In this document: positions 9,124 through 18,857 of the stretch, piece after piece
How positions within the stretch are numbered: the stretch's first letter is position 1
How the letters are laid out: each line of letters begins with the position of its first letter
NCBI GenBank assembly: GCA_038252165.1
Contig: JBBSAP010000005.1
Coordinates: 61 to 64,060, forward strand
Source: Bacteroidales bacterium
GTDB lineage: Bacteria; Bacteroidota; Bacteroidia; Bacteroidales; VadinHA17
Length of the DNA stretch: 64,000 nt
Direction: 5' to 3'
Notes under the pieces: generated by a model
Seen by the model: the letters and a program-made list of their open reading frames with translations, nothing else
Told to the model about the DNA's origin: nothing
Database searches by the model: none
Made by a program: the position numbers and the translations under genes

Positions 9124-10640
9124 ATTAAAACTTTCCCCGTCATCTCCTTTGGAATCGGAACACCCATAATTGTCAGCAAGGTCGGTGCCACATCAGCAAG
9201 TATCCCCTCTTTAATTGATTTGTAATCGTCGCTTATAAGAGTACTTGGAACCGGATTGAGCGAATGAGCCGTATTTGGTGTACCGTCTTCATTCAGGGCC
9301 TTATCTGCATTCCCATGATCGGCCATTATAAGAATATCGTAACCCTTGCTTTTTGCTGCATTGGCAACTGCTCCTGCACATTCATCAACAGTAGCGACAG
9401 CTTTTTCAATTGCTTCATATACACCAGTATGTCCCACCATATCACCATTGGCAAAGTTGAGACAGATAAAATCATACTTCTCTGAGTTTATGGCTTTTAT
9501 CACTGCATCTCTTACGCCATAAGCGCTCATCTCAGGTTGAAGGTCGTAGGTTGCAACCCTGGGTGAAGGTATAAGTATCCTGTCTTCATTTTTAAATACT
9601 TCCTCGCGGCCTCCTGAAAAGAAGAATGTGACGTGCGCATATTTCTCAGTCTCTGCAATCCTGAGCTGTGTCTTTCCGGCATGTGCCAATACCTCCCCGA
9701 TTGTATTACCGGCGTTCTCCTTGGGATAAACTATATGCAGTCCCTTAAATGTGGCATCATAAGGAGTCATCGTACAATAGTGAAGGGGTAAGGTTTCCAT
9801 GCCGAATTCCGGCATGTCTTTTTGTGTAAGCGCCATTGTAAGCTCCTTTGCCCTGTCGTTCCTGAAGTTGAAGAACACTACCACATCGCCGGCTTTTAAC
9901 TTTCCAACAGCTTCACCTTTTGAGTCTACAATTACAATCGGCTTCATGAACTCATCAGTAACACCTTCATCATATGACTTTTGCATAGCACCCAGGATAT
10001 CCGTTGCCGGTGCTCCCTTTCCGTTAACTATCAGATCATAGGCTTCTTTTACTCTTTCCCACCGCTTATCACGGTCCATTGCATAATATCTCCCTATAAA
10101 AGAGGCTACCTTACCGTTAGAGATCTTCAGATGTTCGAGCAGGTTTTTCATGTATCCCATTCCGCTCCTGGGATCAGTATCACGGCCATCACCAAATCCA
10201 TGTATAAAGACCCTCTTCAGGTTATAAGCCATTGTCATATCGCATAACGAATAGAGATGTTTATCGAGCGAATGAACTCCTCCGTCGGACAGCAGGCCGA
10301 AGAAATGCACCTGGCTGTCATTATCGCGTGCATAGGAAAAAGCTTCTGTCAGGACGGTGTTTTTTCTTATATCACCTGTTTTGCATTCCTTATTTATTTT
10401 TACAAGATCCTGATAGATCACACGGCCTGCACCGATATTCAGATGTCCCACTTCCGAATTTCCCATCTGACCATCTGGTAATCCCACATCTTCTCCTGAT
10501 GCATGAAGCCTTGAATTCGGGTAATTGTTCCTGAAGTATGTAAGATTGGGTGTCGGAACCCGGCTAATCACATCGGCGACCGAACCGTCACCGATTCCCC
10601 AGCCGTCAAGTATCATCAGGAGTGTTTTTTTATTTTTCAT
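9120..10640 (-). CDS. gpmI: 2,3-bisphosphoglycerate-independent phosphoglycerate mutase
   Basis: The N-terminus [15 protein letters not shown] matches the iPGM start, and [14 protein letters not shown] and DGGVHS motifs are present. The ORF extends to 10670, but the ATG at 10640 gives the canonical N-terminus. Confidence 0.93.
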   Translation of the reverse strand: MKNKKTLLMILDGWGIGDGSVADVISRVPTPNLTYFRNNYPNSRLHASGEDVGLPDGQMGNSEVGHLNIGAGRVIYQDLVKINKECKTGDIRKNTVLTEAFSYARDNDSQVHFFGLLSDGGVHSLDKHLYSLCDMTMAYNLKRVFIHGFGDGRDTDPRSGMGYMKNLLEHLKISNGKVASFIGRYYAMDRDKRWERVKEAYDLIVNGKGAPATDILGAMQKSYDEGVTDEFMKPIVIVDSKGEAVGKLKAGDVVVFFNFRNDRAKELTMALTQKDMPEFGMETLPLHYCTMTPYDATFKGLHIVYPKENAGNTIGEVLAHAGKTQLRIAETEKYAHVTFFFSGGREEVFKNEDRILIPSPRVATYDLQPEMSAYGVRDAVIKAINSEKYDFICLNFANGDMVGHTGVYEAIEKAVATVDECAGAVANAAKSKGYDILIMADHGNADKALNEDGTPNTAHSLNPVPSTLISDDYKSIKEGILADVAPTLLTIMGVPIPKEMTGKVLI

Positions 10641-10778
10641 AATCAATTGATTTCGCCTACTGTTAAACACAAAATATGCTGCCCTTGTTCAGGGCACAGA
10701 ATTAACGGGGTCAAAAATAACTAAATTATGCAATCAGTGTTAATGGAAAGAGTTTTTCGCCTCTTAAATCCAGCCTTT

Positions 10779-13700
10779 TTATCTGATTTCCCTGATCTTA
10801 ATTTTATAATCAGCTCCCGCGCAGGTCTTTTCGTATGTAATATCCTTGCCGACATAGGCCAGCCACTCATCAGGTGTGAAATTTCTGGTCACATATGAGC
10901 AACCGTCGGCGGCGAAGGAATCGACAAAGGCAGGTCGTGCAGTAAGTTTTGGAAGGCTCCCGGAACTGCCAGAAAGGATCACTTCTCCGTCGGGACTGAA
11001 TTCAAATGCAATCACAAGCCCCTCTTTATCGGTGAAAGTGACAGGCGGACTTACCAGGTCATCAGTATCCCAGAGTTTCAGTGTTCCGTCGTTGCCGGCG
11101 GTGGCTATCTGCGAAAGCCTGCCATTGAACCGTAAATCATTTATTTCGCCCTCATGAGCCCGGAATTCCGATAATTTCTCTTTGCGTGCAACATCCCATA
11201 ATTCAACAATGCCGTCATCGTAACCTACAGCGATCATATTTTCACCAGGTTTGAATCTTATGTTCCTGATTCTTTTACCCTGAGATTCTATCCTGAAATT
11301 TTCGGAACTTTGTTCCGGGTTCCATACCAGTCCTTTTCCCTGGTCGCTTATTCCGGCAAGATATCTGTTGTTTGAGGAAAGGTCAATCGAAGTTATCTGC
11401 ATCATATCGGTTGAAAGGTCAATGAAAGTCTTTGCGGAGAGATCCCATTTGATCACTTTGCCATCGAGGGCGGCAGAATATAGGAATTTCCCGTCGAATG
11501 AGAAGACCAGTGATTTGATCCTTCCCGAATGCCCTTTCAGTTCATATTCCTGTCCGGTGTCGTTGACAGGGATCATCTTAATTGAACTGTTCAATCCGCC
11601 GCATGCCAGCCAGTCTGATCCCGGGCTGACAGCCATAACATCAATTACCTCGTTCCCTGAATATATGATCCTGAAACTCTTTTCCTTGTTGCCAAGGTCC
11701 CATTTAAGAACTTTACCCCGGGAATCAGAAGTAAAAAACTCATTTTTCCCCGGAACAAATGCAATACTTTTAACAGGGCTGTCGAAACCAGTGAAGGATT
11801 TAATTCTGCTGCTGCCCTTCTGTTTAGCAAGATTGTAAAGACCCGCGTAAATATCAGCATCATTTTTATTCCCGTTGTTCTTTTTGTTAAACAGATAACC
11901 CTGATAAGCAAGAAGAGCCTGGAGCTCACTCTGTTCCGGAACCTGAACGGACCTGAGAGACATGGATTTTGCCACAGAAATCATTCTGAGTCTCTGTGTT
12001 TCATTTTTAAGCCGGATCGCGGAATCTGCATTCATATTTGCCAGCATACTCGCCTGAATTGCGGATTCAGATTGTCTCCTGGCTTCATCAATTTCACCCT
12101 TGTCAAAAAGTATCTGATTTTCAGCATTCATCCTGAGTATTTTCTCCATTTGCTCCCTGCGTGAAGCTCCTAATGCCGCTGAATCGGACAAAACTGATTT
12201 TTTCAAAGCTATTGAAGCGTATTCATCCGATGCATTTTTCTGTGCTACAATATCTTCTTTTTGTTTTTCCGCTATCCTGCGGCGGTTATCTGCTGAAAGT
12301 TTTGAAACAAATGCTGCAACAGTAATAAGAGCAGCCACGATTGCAATTCCACCAAATATTGATGAGATGATCTTTATTTTCCTCAGCCTCCTCTTGTTAT
12401 GCCTTACTTTTCTCTCTTCAATCTCATTATGCTCCTTTTCACTGGTACGAAGGTAAACCATTGCCCTTTCGAAGGCAGGATTAAACTTCTGCGCCCACCA
12501 GATGGTAGGTTTATTTTCTTCGCGCCAGTTTACTGCAAGCTGAAGCTCGGGTTGTTTCAGGAGTCCTTTTTTCCCCTGCTGGTATAATGCTGAGGCTTCT
12601 GAAAGCCGGAGATACGTCTGAACAGATAATGATTCCTCATCAACCCATTTTCTAAGGCGTTCCCAGAGATGGATAATGCTCTCATGCGAAATATCAATGA
12701 CTGAACTTTCATCCAATCTGACTGAATATTGCGGAGTAAGTATCGATATTGAAGGATCACGGAATTTTTCAATGACCTCAATCAACTCATCTCCGCCGCA
12801 TCTGATGGCTGATCTTAAAGCATTAATATTTGAGGGATAACTTACGCCTTTATTGTCGGATCCTTTACCTGTAATGATCTTGAAAAGCCTTTCGCAGATT
12901 TTTTTTCTATCATGATTCAGCTTTTCATAAATTTCATCGGCATGCCGCGAAATGGCATCCCTCATGGTTCCGATGGAAAAATAATCCGAAAAGTCCAATG
13001 GTCTTTCGGTCTCATCAAGCTCTCTCCAGTGCATCCATGTCCTCATCAGGGCATGCTGCAGAACAGGAAGCTGATCAGTACGGTCATTTATTTCTCCGAT
13101 AAGAAGTTCAACAAGATCAGGATCGATCTCCGCACCTGCATTTCTCACAGGTCCTGTTATCGCTTCCCTGATGCATTCCCTGTTCATCTTTGAAACAAGG
13201 AAGTTGCTGTTATTTAAAAGATTTGTGAAACTTCTGTAATAAGAACATTCCGCTAACAGCTCGGACCTCAGGGCAATAACAAGGTAAAAGTCAGGATTGA
13301 CATGTGTGATTGCATTAGTAAGAAGGTTAATAAATCCGGTTATCTCAGTGCGGGATCCCGTTCCCGCCCCCGATGATCTGTTCCAGAACAATTCTTCAAA
13401 CTGATCGATGAACAAAAGAACCTTTCCGTTGATCCTGTCTGACTGTCTCCTCATAACCTCAGCAACACCTTCGGTACCCTCTTTGAGAAGATTCAGGATA
13501 TCGTTTTTGAATTCCTTTTTATGGTCAGTGCCAAAAAGATTATCAGCAAATGAGTCGGCAAGGTTACCAAAGGGATTATTGCCAGGTCGCATTGAAAGGA
13601 TCCGCCACTTCCCTTCTCCTTTTACAGAGAGTTCTCGTATTATGGGCAGCAACCCGCAAACTACCAGTGAAGATTTTCCGCTTCCGGATGCTCCTGTGAC

Positions 13701-13847
13701 TGCAATAAATCGGTTTTTCAGAAGCTTTGCGGCAATAACTTCGCTTTCATTTTCCCGTCCGAAAAAATATTCACTCTCATCCGGGGCAAATGGCCGCAAT
13801 CCCGGAAACGGACTGAATTTTTCTTCTTTTAATTTTACCGGAGCCAT
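10779..13847 (-). CDS. STAND-class P-loop NTPase with one TM helix, a coiled coil and a C-terminal 7-blade WD40 propeller
   Basis: - N-terminal motif: PFPGLRPFAPDESEYFFGRE.
- Walker A: GASGSGKSS (nt ~13671-13694).
- Walker B: VLLFIDQFEELF.
- Helical motif: ISHESIIHLWERLRKWV.
- TM helix: KIISSIFGGIAIVAALITVAAFVS (nt ~12303-12374), preceded by RHNKRRLRK.
- Seven WD-like blades, for example GKVLKWDL, DGKVIKWDL, GIVELWDV, DGTLKLWD. Confidence 0.85.
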   Translation of the reverse strand: MAPVKLKEEKFSPFPGLRPFAPDESEYFFGRENESEVIAAKLLKNRFIAVTGASGSGKSSLVVCGLLPIIRELSVKGEGKWRILSMRPGNNPFGNLADSFADNLFGTDHKKEFKNDILNLLKEGTEGVAEVMRRQSDRINGKVLLFIDQFEELFWNRSSGAGTGSRTEITGFINLLTNAITHVNPDFYLVIALRSELLAECSYYRSFTNLLNNSNFLVSKMNRECIREAITGPVRNAGAEIDPDLVELLIGEINDRTDQLPVLQHALMRTWMHWRELDETERPLDFSDYFSIGTMRDAISRHADEIYEKLNHDRKKICERLFKIITGKGSDNKGVSYPSNINALRSAIRCGGDELIEVIEKFRDPSISILTPQYSVRLDESSVIDISHESIIHLWERLRKWVDEESLSVQTYLRLSEASALYQQGKKGLLKQPELQLAVNWREENKPTIWWAQKFNPAFERAMVYLRTSEKEHNEIEERKVRHNKRRLRKIKIISSIFGGIAIVAALITVAAFVSKLSADNRRRIAEKQKEDIVAQKNASDEYASIALKKSVLSDSAALGASRREQMEKILRMNAENQILFDKGEIDEARRQSESAIQASMLANMNADSAIRLKNETQRLRMISVAKSMSLRSVQVPEQSELQALLAYQGYLFNKKNNGNKNDADIYAGLYNLAKQKGSSRIKSFTGFDSPVKSIAFVPGKNEFFTSDSRGKVLKWDLGNKEKSFRIIYSGNEVIDVMAVSPGSDWLACGGLNSSIKMIPVNDTGQEYELKGHSGRIKSLVFSFDGKFLYSAALDGKVIKWDLSAKTFIDLSTDMMQITSIDLSSNNRYLAGISDQGKGLVWNPEQSSENFRIESQGKRIRNIRFKPGENMIAVGYDDGIVELWDVARKEKLSEFRAHEGEINDLRFNGRLSQIATAGNDGTLKLWDTDDLVSPPVTFTDKEGLVIAFEFSPDGEVILSGSSGSLPKLTARPAFVDSFAADGCSYVTRNFTPDEWLAYVGKDITYEKTCAGADYKIKIREIR

Positions 13848-13860
13848 ATATAAATAAGAA

Positions 13861-15642
13861 TTATTCTTTGCAATTATCTATGTACTTAAAAATTCCGAAT
13901 GAACTTTCAGGATACTGGAAGTTAAACTCTCTGATAGTGTTTAAAGACAAAACATAACAGAAAAAACTGTTCATTCTCATGTCCCTGACGATTTTACCCG
14001 GATCGGTAATTTCATCGTGATTAATAAAGATTTCAGGGTCGCTTTTTTCGGAGGGGAACGACCATGCTATTGTATTGGACGGTTGCGAATAGATTCCCTT
14101 TTCATCATTCCTTTCAAATGACATTTTATCGGCCAGGAACAACAATTCATCTTCTTTTATTTCATTGAAACACGAAGCCAGAAATCTTACCTTTTCAAAA
14201 ACGAGTTCTTTTTCGGTTATTTCACCCGCCATTATTCTATCAAGCCGCTTCCTGGTGGCTTCAGGGATCCGTTCCGAGGCCGTCCTGTAAAGCTCTCTGC
14301 CTGATCGTGCCAGAAGCCGTGCTGACTCTTCACGAAGTAATTCTTCAGGGCTGAAGAGCAGAGCGACAACCGATTCACCAAGGTCCTGATCCCCGATCTC
14401 AGGAACCGTTCTGAGTGTGCATGCCTTGGTCCAGACATTTATAAGATTGTAATCGCAGTTAATTATATCTTCAAGCAGACTTTTTAAGGAGGGAACCTCA
14501 ACAGGGAAATACCTCTGAAGTTTTTTCAGCCTCTTTTTGTAATATCCCTGGTCAGAAGTTTTTTCAGCACCCTTATCTGAAGCGTTTCCGAAAATTATTC
14601 CAGCCAGTTCAGGAATCGGCTTACTGTATTCATCTCTGTCTTTCGGGGTTTTCCAGTCAGCTTCCGATACTTTTTCCCCATAGGTGAGGAACAGAAGATT
14701 CTGAAGATAATCCTTCCACCTGGAATATTCCTTATCCATTTCCGATGAAAGAAAATCATTGTTGCGGTTTTTCAGGCAAACCTGAGCTGCGATTATCCAG
14801 GTAAGTGTGCTGAAAGTCTCAAAAATGTTTTTATAAAGCTTCTCCTTTTCGATTTCTTTAACCTTGTATCCTGTATTTATAAGAGTATTAAGGCACATTT
14901 CCTTGATCAGTCTCGAGTTTGACCCGAGTCGTTCAACAATAAAAGACATATTTTCAGGAGGGTTAATCTGTGACAGAAGCCTTAGAAGGACCTTTCCCGC
15001 ACTTATATTTCCTGAGGCCTTCAGATAATATCTGCCGACCTCCTTCGCGGCAGCCCCTCCAAAACTCAGAAGCACTGAATATGCATCATCTTCAATTCCC
15101 TGAACACTAAGGCATTCACATACTTCCTGAATCATATCCGTCATTTTGAATTTCCCGATCAGGAATAGCGCAAGTCTCTTCAAATCAGGTGATTTATCCC
15201 TGAGGAGCCTCAGGATTTCTGTAGTATGCGGATATCTGGTTCCTGCAAGGGTCTCCCTTGCATTTTCAGCTTTCGCATATTCATCAAGGGCTGAGGGGGC
15301 TTTATGGTGGTCTTTATCGCTTTTAACCTGTTCTTCAATTTTCTCTGCAATTTCTGAAGACTTCTGACGCAGGCTCTCATCAAAATTTGCCGAACCTGCA
15401 ATTTTCTTCAGGGCAGGTAAGAGGTTTATATCCTTCTTAGTGCTTGAATAAGCAAACAGTTCCTCATAGAACCATTTGTTTTTAATCTCGTCAAGTACTG
15501 ACAGATCATCGGTCTCCAGGTAATAGAGATTTGACTTGAAAAGTGTTTTCCCCGAATACTTGTTTTTCAGATTTCCCCATTCATTTAAGTCCGGAGCTTC
15601 TTTCCTTTTCTGAACGGGGAAAAGATAAAGCCTGTTTCCCAT
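13861..15642 (-). CDS. hypothetical protein with HEAT-like helical repeats and a possible C-terminal cNMP-binding-like domain
   Basis: 593-aa ORF ending 13 nt upstream of the STAND gene. HEAT-like segments include ILRLLRDKSPDLKRLALFLIGKF and LLFSPEELLREESARLLARSG. The C-terminal pattern LVFEKVRFLASCFNEIKEDELLFLADKMSFE resembles the start of Crp-type cNMP-binding domains. The domain calls are tentative. Confidence 0.55.
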   Translation of the reverse strand: MGNRLYLFPVQKRKEAPDLNEWGNLKNKYSGKTLFKSNLYYLETDDLSVLDEIKNKWFYEELFAYSSTKKDINLLPALKKIAGSANFDESLRQKSSEIAEKIEEQVKSDKDHHKAPSALDEYAKAENARETLAGTRYPHTTEILRLLRDKSPDLKRLALFLIGKFKMTDMIQEVCECLSVQGIEDDAYSVLLSFGGAAAKEVGRYYLKASGNISAGKVLLRLLSQINPPENMSFIVERLGSNSRLIKEMCLNTLINTGYKVKEIEKEKLYKNIFETFSTLTWIIAAQVCLKNRNNDFLSSEMDKEYSRWKDYLQNLLFLTYGEKVSEADWKTPKDRDEYSKPIPELAGIIFGNASDKGAEKTSDQGYYKKRLKKLQRYFPVEVPSLKSLLEDIINCDYNLINVWTKACTLRTVPEIGDQDLGESVVALLFSPEELLREESARLLARSGRELYRTASERIPEATRKRLDRIMAGEITEKELVFEKVRFLASCFNEIKEDELLFLADKMSFERNDEKGIYSQPSNTIAWSFPSEKSDPEIFINHDEITDPGKIVRDMRMNSFFCYVLSLNTIREFNFQYPESSFGIFKYIDNCKE

Positions 15643-15696
15643 AAACCCGACAGTATTTATTTAACATCTAATTTAAGAAATTATACTCAATTATCA

Positions 15697-16218
15697 TTAT
15701 CTTATCTGTTTCTTAATCAGTGATAATAATTCTGATAAATTATTATTGACACCGTCAATTATTATTTCCGCCCTGGAATACCATTTTTCGCGTTCAGCAA
15801 GCTTTGAAGCTATGTATCCCTGAAGGTCTTTCCTGTCAATCTCCTTCAATAAAGGACGTCCTTCAGATGATCCCTCAAGCCGCTTTTTCAGGCTGGCGGG
15901 AGTCATCCTGATATAAATGGTAAGTCCGGAATTCAGCATGAAATTCATATTGTCGCCGAAACATGGAGTGCCTCCCCCCGTCGAAATAACCGTATCTGTC
16001 TCATTCTTCAATTCCTGAAGCGCCTTTGTCTCGAGCTTACGGAAATAGGGTTCCCCCTTAAGGGAAAAAATGTCAGGTATCTTCATCCTTTCCATTTTTT
16101 GTATCTTTTCATCAAGGTCGATAAATGACCATTTGAGATGAGAAGCGAGTTTCCTGCCAGCGGTGGATTTTCCGCTTCCCATAAATCCTATCAGGAATAT
16201 TCTGCTGGCCTGGTGCAT
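15697..16218 (-). CDS. aroK: shikimate kinase
   Basis: 173 aa with P-loop IFLIGFMGSGKST and a GGG motif (ISTGGGTP). The start overlaps the parC stop by 1 nt. Confidence 0.9.
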   Translation of the reverse strand: MHQASRIFLIGFMGSGKSTAGRKLASHLKWSFIDLDEKIQKMERMKIPDIFSLKGEPYFRKLETKALQELKNETDTVISTGGGTPCFGDNMNFMLNSGLTIYIRMTPASLKKRLEGSSEGRPLLKEIDRKDLQGYIASKLAEREKWYSRAEIIIDGVNNNLSELLSLIKKQIR

Positions 16219-18830
16219 TACAGCTCTAGTTTCATCTGTGCCGGATCAATATTCTTTTCGGGATGCTTCGGCTCATCATCCTCTTCATCTTCCTTTTCTG
16301 AGGTCGATTGCTTTATAACCACCGGCTCAATTTCCTGGATGTTGTCGACCATGAAACTGGTAAGTCGTTTCCCTTTGGCTTTATAACTCTTGACATTTAT
16401 AAACTCGGCCACTTCAATTATTTCATTCTCCCGGTCTTTATTTTTACCACCGAAATGTATTTCGAACCGGGGATATTCAACTTCAGTGATGCTTAGAAGC
16501 TTCGATTCCGGATCTTCATTTATGAAGCAAAGAGGCTTTTCTGATTCCTCAATTGTAAATCTCTTGACATAATAGAATTTCTGCTCTGCATCCCAGTAAA
16601 TAACCGAATAGACCTTGCCGGAACGAAATTTTTCTATGATAAGGATGTTATCTTCAAAATGGTTCGAAAGATCAAAGCCGGTAACCCTGAAATACCCGTT
16701 TTTGCTTATTACAATTATTTTATCATCAGCGCTGAACTCCCCGAGGAATAAGCCCCGGCCGTCAACATTCAGCCTGAATACCGCATCATCGAACCATATC
16801 TTCCTTCCCCCGAGAGTTGATAATCCTTTCTCCTTAAGCGCAATCTTATGAACCGGATTCTTTGTAAGGATATTTCCCATTGAGGATTTGCCCTTGATTG
16901 CAAGCTGTCCGAAATCAAATTCAAAAACAAGTTTTTTGAGTCTGGCCTTAGGTTTATGATGGATTCTTATTACCTCGGCCTCACCATTCGGATTAGCGCT
17001 GAAGTAGATTATCTTCGATCCCGTGGTTCCCCTGGTCAGAGTATATTCCTTATCGCGTGTCAGACCTGAAATCGCACACCTTTTCACATAAACCGGGCCA
17101 TCTTTCCCGTCCTGGTAAACAATGTTGTAGATCGTGCGTTCGTCATTCTTCAGGAAAACCTGGGCATAAATTATATCATTCCCCACAAAAACTTTATCGT
17201 CGACTTTTGTGATCAGGTAACCGCCGTCCTTTTTTATGACAATTATATCATCGATATCAGAACAATCACACACGAATTCGTCCTTCCTCAGCCCTGTGCC
17301 AATAAAACCCTCCTTGTAATTAATGTACAATTTGGCATTGATGGCCACAACCTTTGTTGCCAGTATAGTGTCAAAGCTCCTTATCTCGGTCTTCCTTTCC
17401 TTTCCTTTTCCGTATTTCTTTTTTATCTGCCGGAAATAATTTATTGCAAACGGAATTATGTTACTGAGATGATTCTTTACTTCTTCCAGTTCTGCTTCGA
17501 TGCCTTTAATATGCTCATCAGCTTTATTAGCATCATACTTTGATATCCTCTTGATTTTGATTTCAGTAAGAGCGATGATATCTTCGCGCGTCACCTCCCT
17601 CAGCAATCTCTTCTTAAACGGTTTCAGACCGTCATCGATAGCTTTTATGACCGACTCCCATGTCTCGCATTCCTCTATATCCCTGTAGATCCGCTCCTCA
17701 ATGAAGATCTTTTCAAGCGATGACATATGCCACTCTTCGCGAAGCTCATTCTCGCGGATTTCAAGTTCTTGAGTAAGAAGCTTAACTGTATTATCAGCGG
17801 AAAAGCGAAGGATATCGCCTGCACCCAGAAAGGCAGGCTTGCTGCCAGTTATAACGCATATATTCGGAGAGATTGAATACTCGCAATCAGTCAGGGCATA
17901 GAGGGCGTCGATAGTTTTATCGGGTGAAACCCCGGGCATAAGGTGAATTACTATCTCGACGTTTGCTGAGGTGTTATCATCAATTTTCCTGATCTTGATC
18001 TTGCCCTTCTCACTGGATTTGATTATAGATTCAATAAGGCTTGACGTCGTTTTACCAAAAGGTATCTCAGTAATTACAAGAGCTTTCTTATCAACCTTTT
18101 CTATTTTTGCCCTGACCTTAACAACTCCGCCCCTCTGACCGTCATTATATCTTGAAATATCGATCATGCCGCCTGTAGGGAAATCGGGATAAAGAATAAA
18201 TTCTTTACCCTGGAGATAATCAATTGAGGCGTCGATTATTTCGTTGAAGTTATGAGGAAGTATTTTTGAAGCCAGACCGACAGCAATGCCTTCTCCGCCC
18301 TGGGCAAGCAGAAGGGGAAATTTTACCGGAAGTGTTACTGGTTCCTTGTTCCTGCCGTCATACGAAAGCTTCCATTCGGTTGTTTTAGGGTTGAACACCA
18401 CTTCCAGTGCAAATTTTGACAACCTTGCTTCAATATATCTCGGAGCTGCAGCGCCATCGCCGGTCAGAACATTACCCCAGTTTCCCTGAGTATCAATAAG
18501 CAGATCCTTCTGTCCCAGCTGAACCAAAGCATCACCTATAGAAGCGTCCCCGTGAGGATGGAACTGCATTGTGTGCCCGATGATGTTTGCCACCTTGTTG
18601 TACCGGCCGTCATCCATCCTCTTCATGGAGTGAAGAATGCGCCGCTGAACAGGTTTCAATCCGTCGTTAAGATGCGGCACCGCACGTTCGAGAATTACAT
18701 ACGAAGCATAATCGAGGAACCAGTCCTGGTACATCCCCGACAAAGCCGTAACAGAATGCAAAGCAGCCGGACCAGGAGTAAGTTCACCTTTCCCTTCAGG
18801 TTTTTCCAATTCAAGATCCTGATCGTTCAT
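16218..18830 (-). CDS. parC: DNA topoisomerase IV subunit A (type IIA topoisomerase A subunit)
   Basis: 870 aa with YASYVILERAVP..DGLKPVQRRILH and the active-site region AAPRYIEARL. It is paired with a short B subunit, which favours ParC over GyrA. Confidence 0.88.
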   Translation of the reverse strand: MNDQDLELEKPEGKGELTPGPAALHSVTALSGMYQDWFLDYASYVILERAVPHLNDGLKPVQRRILHSMKRMDDGRYNKVANIIGHTMQFHPHGDASIGDALVQLGQKDLLIDTQGNWGNVLTGDGAAAPRYIEARLSKFALEVVFNPKTTEWKLSYDGRNKEPVTLPVKFPLLLAQGGEGIAVGLASKILPHNFNEIIDASIDYLQGKEFILYPDFPTGGMIDISRYNDGQRGGVVKVRAKIEKVDKKALVITEIPFGKTTSSLIESIIKSSEKGKIKIRKIDDNTSANVEIVIHLMPGVSPDKTIDALYALTDCEYSISPNICVITGSKPAFLGAGDILRFSADNTVKLLTQELEIRENELREEWHMSSLEKIFIEERIYRDIEECETWESVIKAIDDGLKPFKKRLLREVTREDIIALTEIKIKRISKYDANKADEHIKGIEAELEEVKNHLSNIIPFAINYFRQIKKKYGKGKERKTEIRSFDTILATKVVAINAKLYINYKEGFIGTGLRKDEFVCDCSDIDDIIVIKKDGGYLITKVDDKVFVGNDIIYAQVFLKNDERTIYNIVYQDGKDGPVYVKRCAISGLTRDKEYTLTRGTTGSKIIYFSANPNGEAEVIRIHHKPKARLKKLVFEFDFGQLAIKGKSSMGNILTKNPVHKIALKEKGLSTLGGRKIWFDDAVFRLNVDGRGLFLGEFSADDKIIVISKNGYFRVTGFDLSNHFEDNILIIEKFRSGKVYSVIYWDAEQKFYYVKRFTIEESEKPLCFINEDPESKLLSITEVEYPRFEIHFGGKNKDRENEIIEVAEFINVKSYKAKGKRLTSFMVDNIQEIEPVVIKQSTSEKEDEEDDEPKHPEKNIDPAQMKLEL

Positions 18831-18857
18831 CCCTATAATCGCTTCCTTTTAAACCGT

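Noticed and set aside
10641-10670. Longer gpmI start ([10 protein letters not shown]...) given in the ORF track.
   Set aside because: The extension has no counterpart in iPGM N-termini. The ATG at 10640 yields the canonical [12 protein letters not shown] start.
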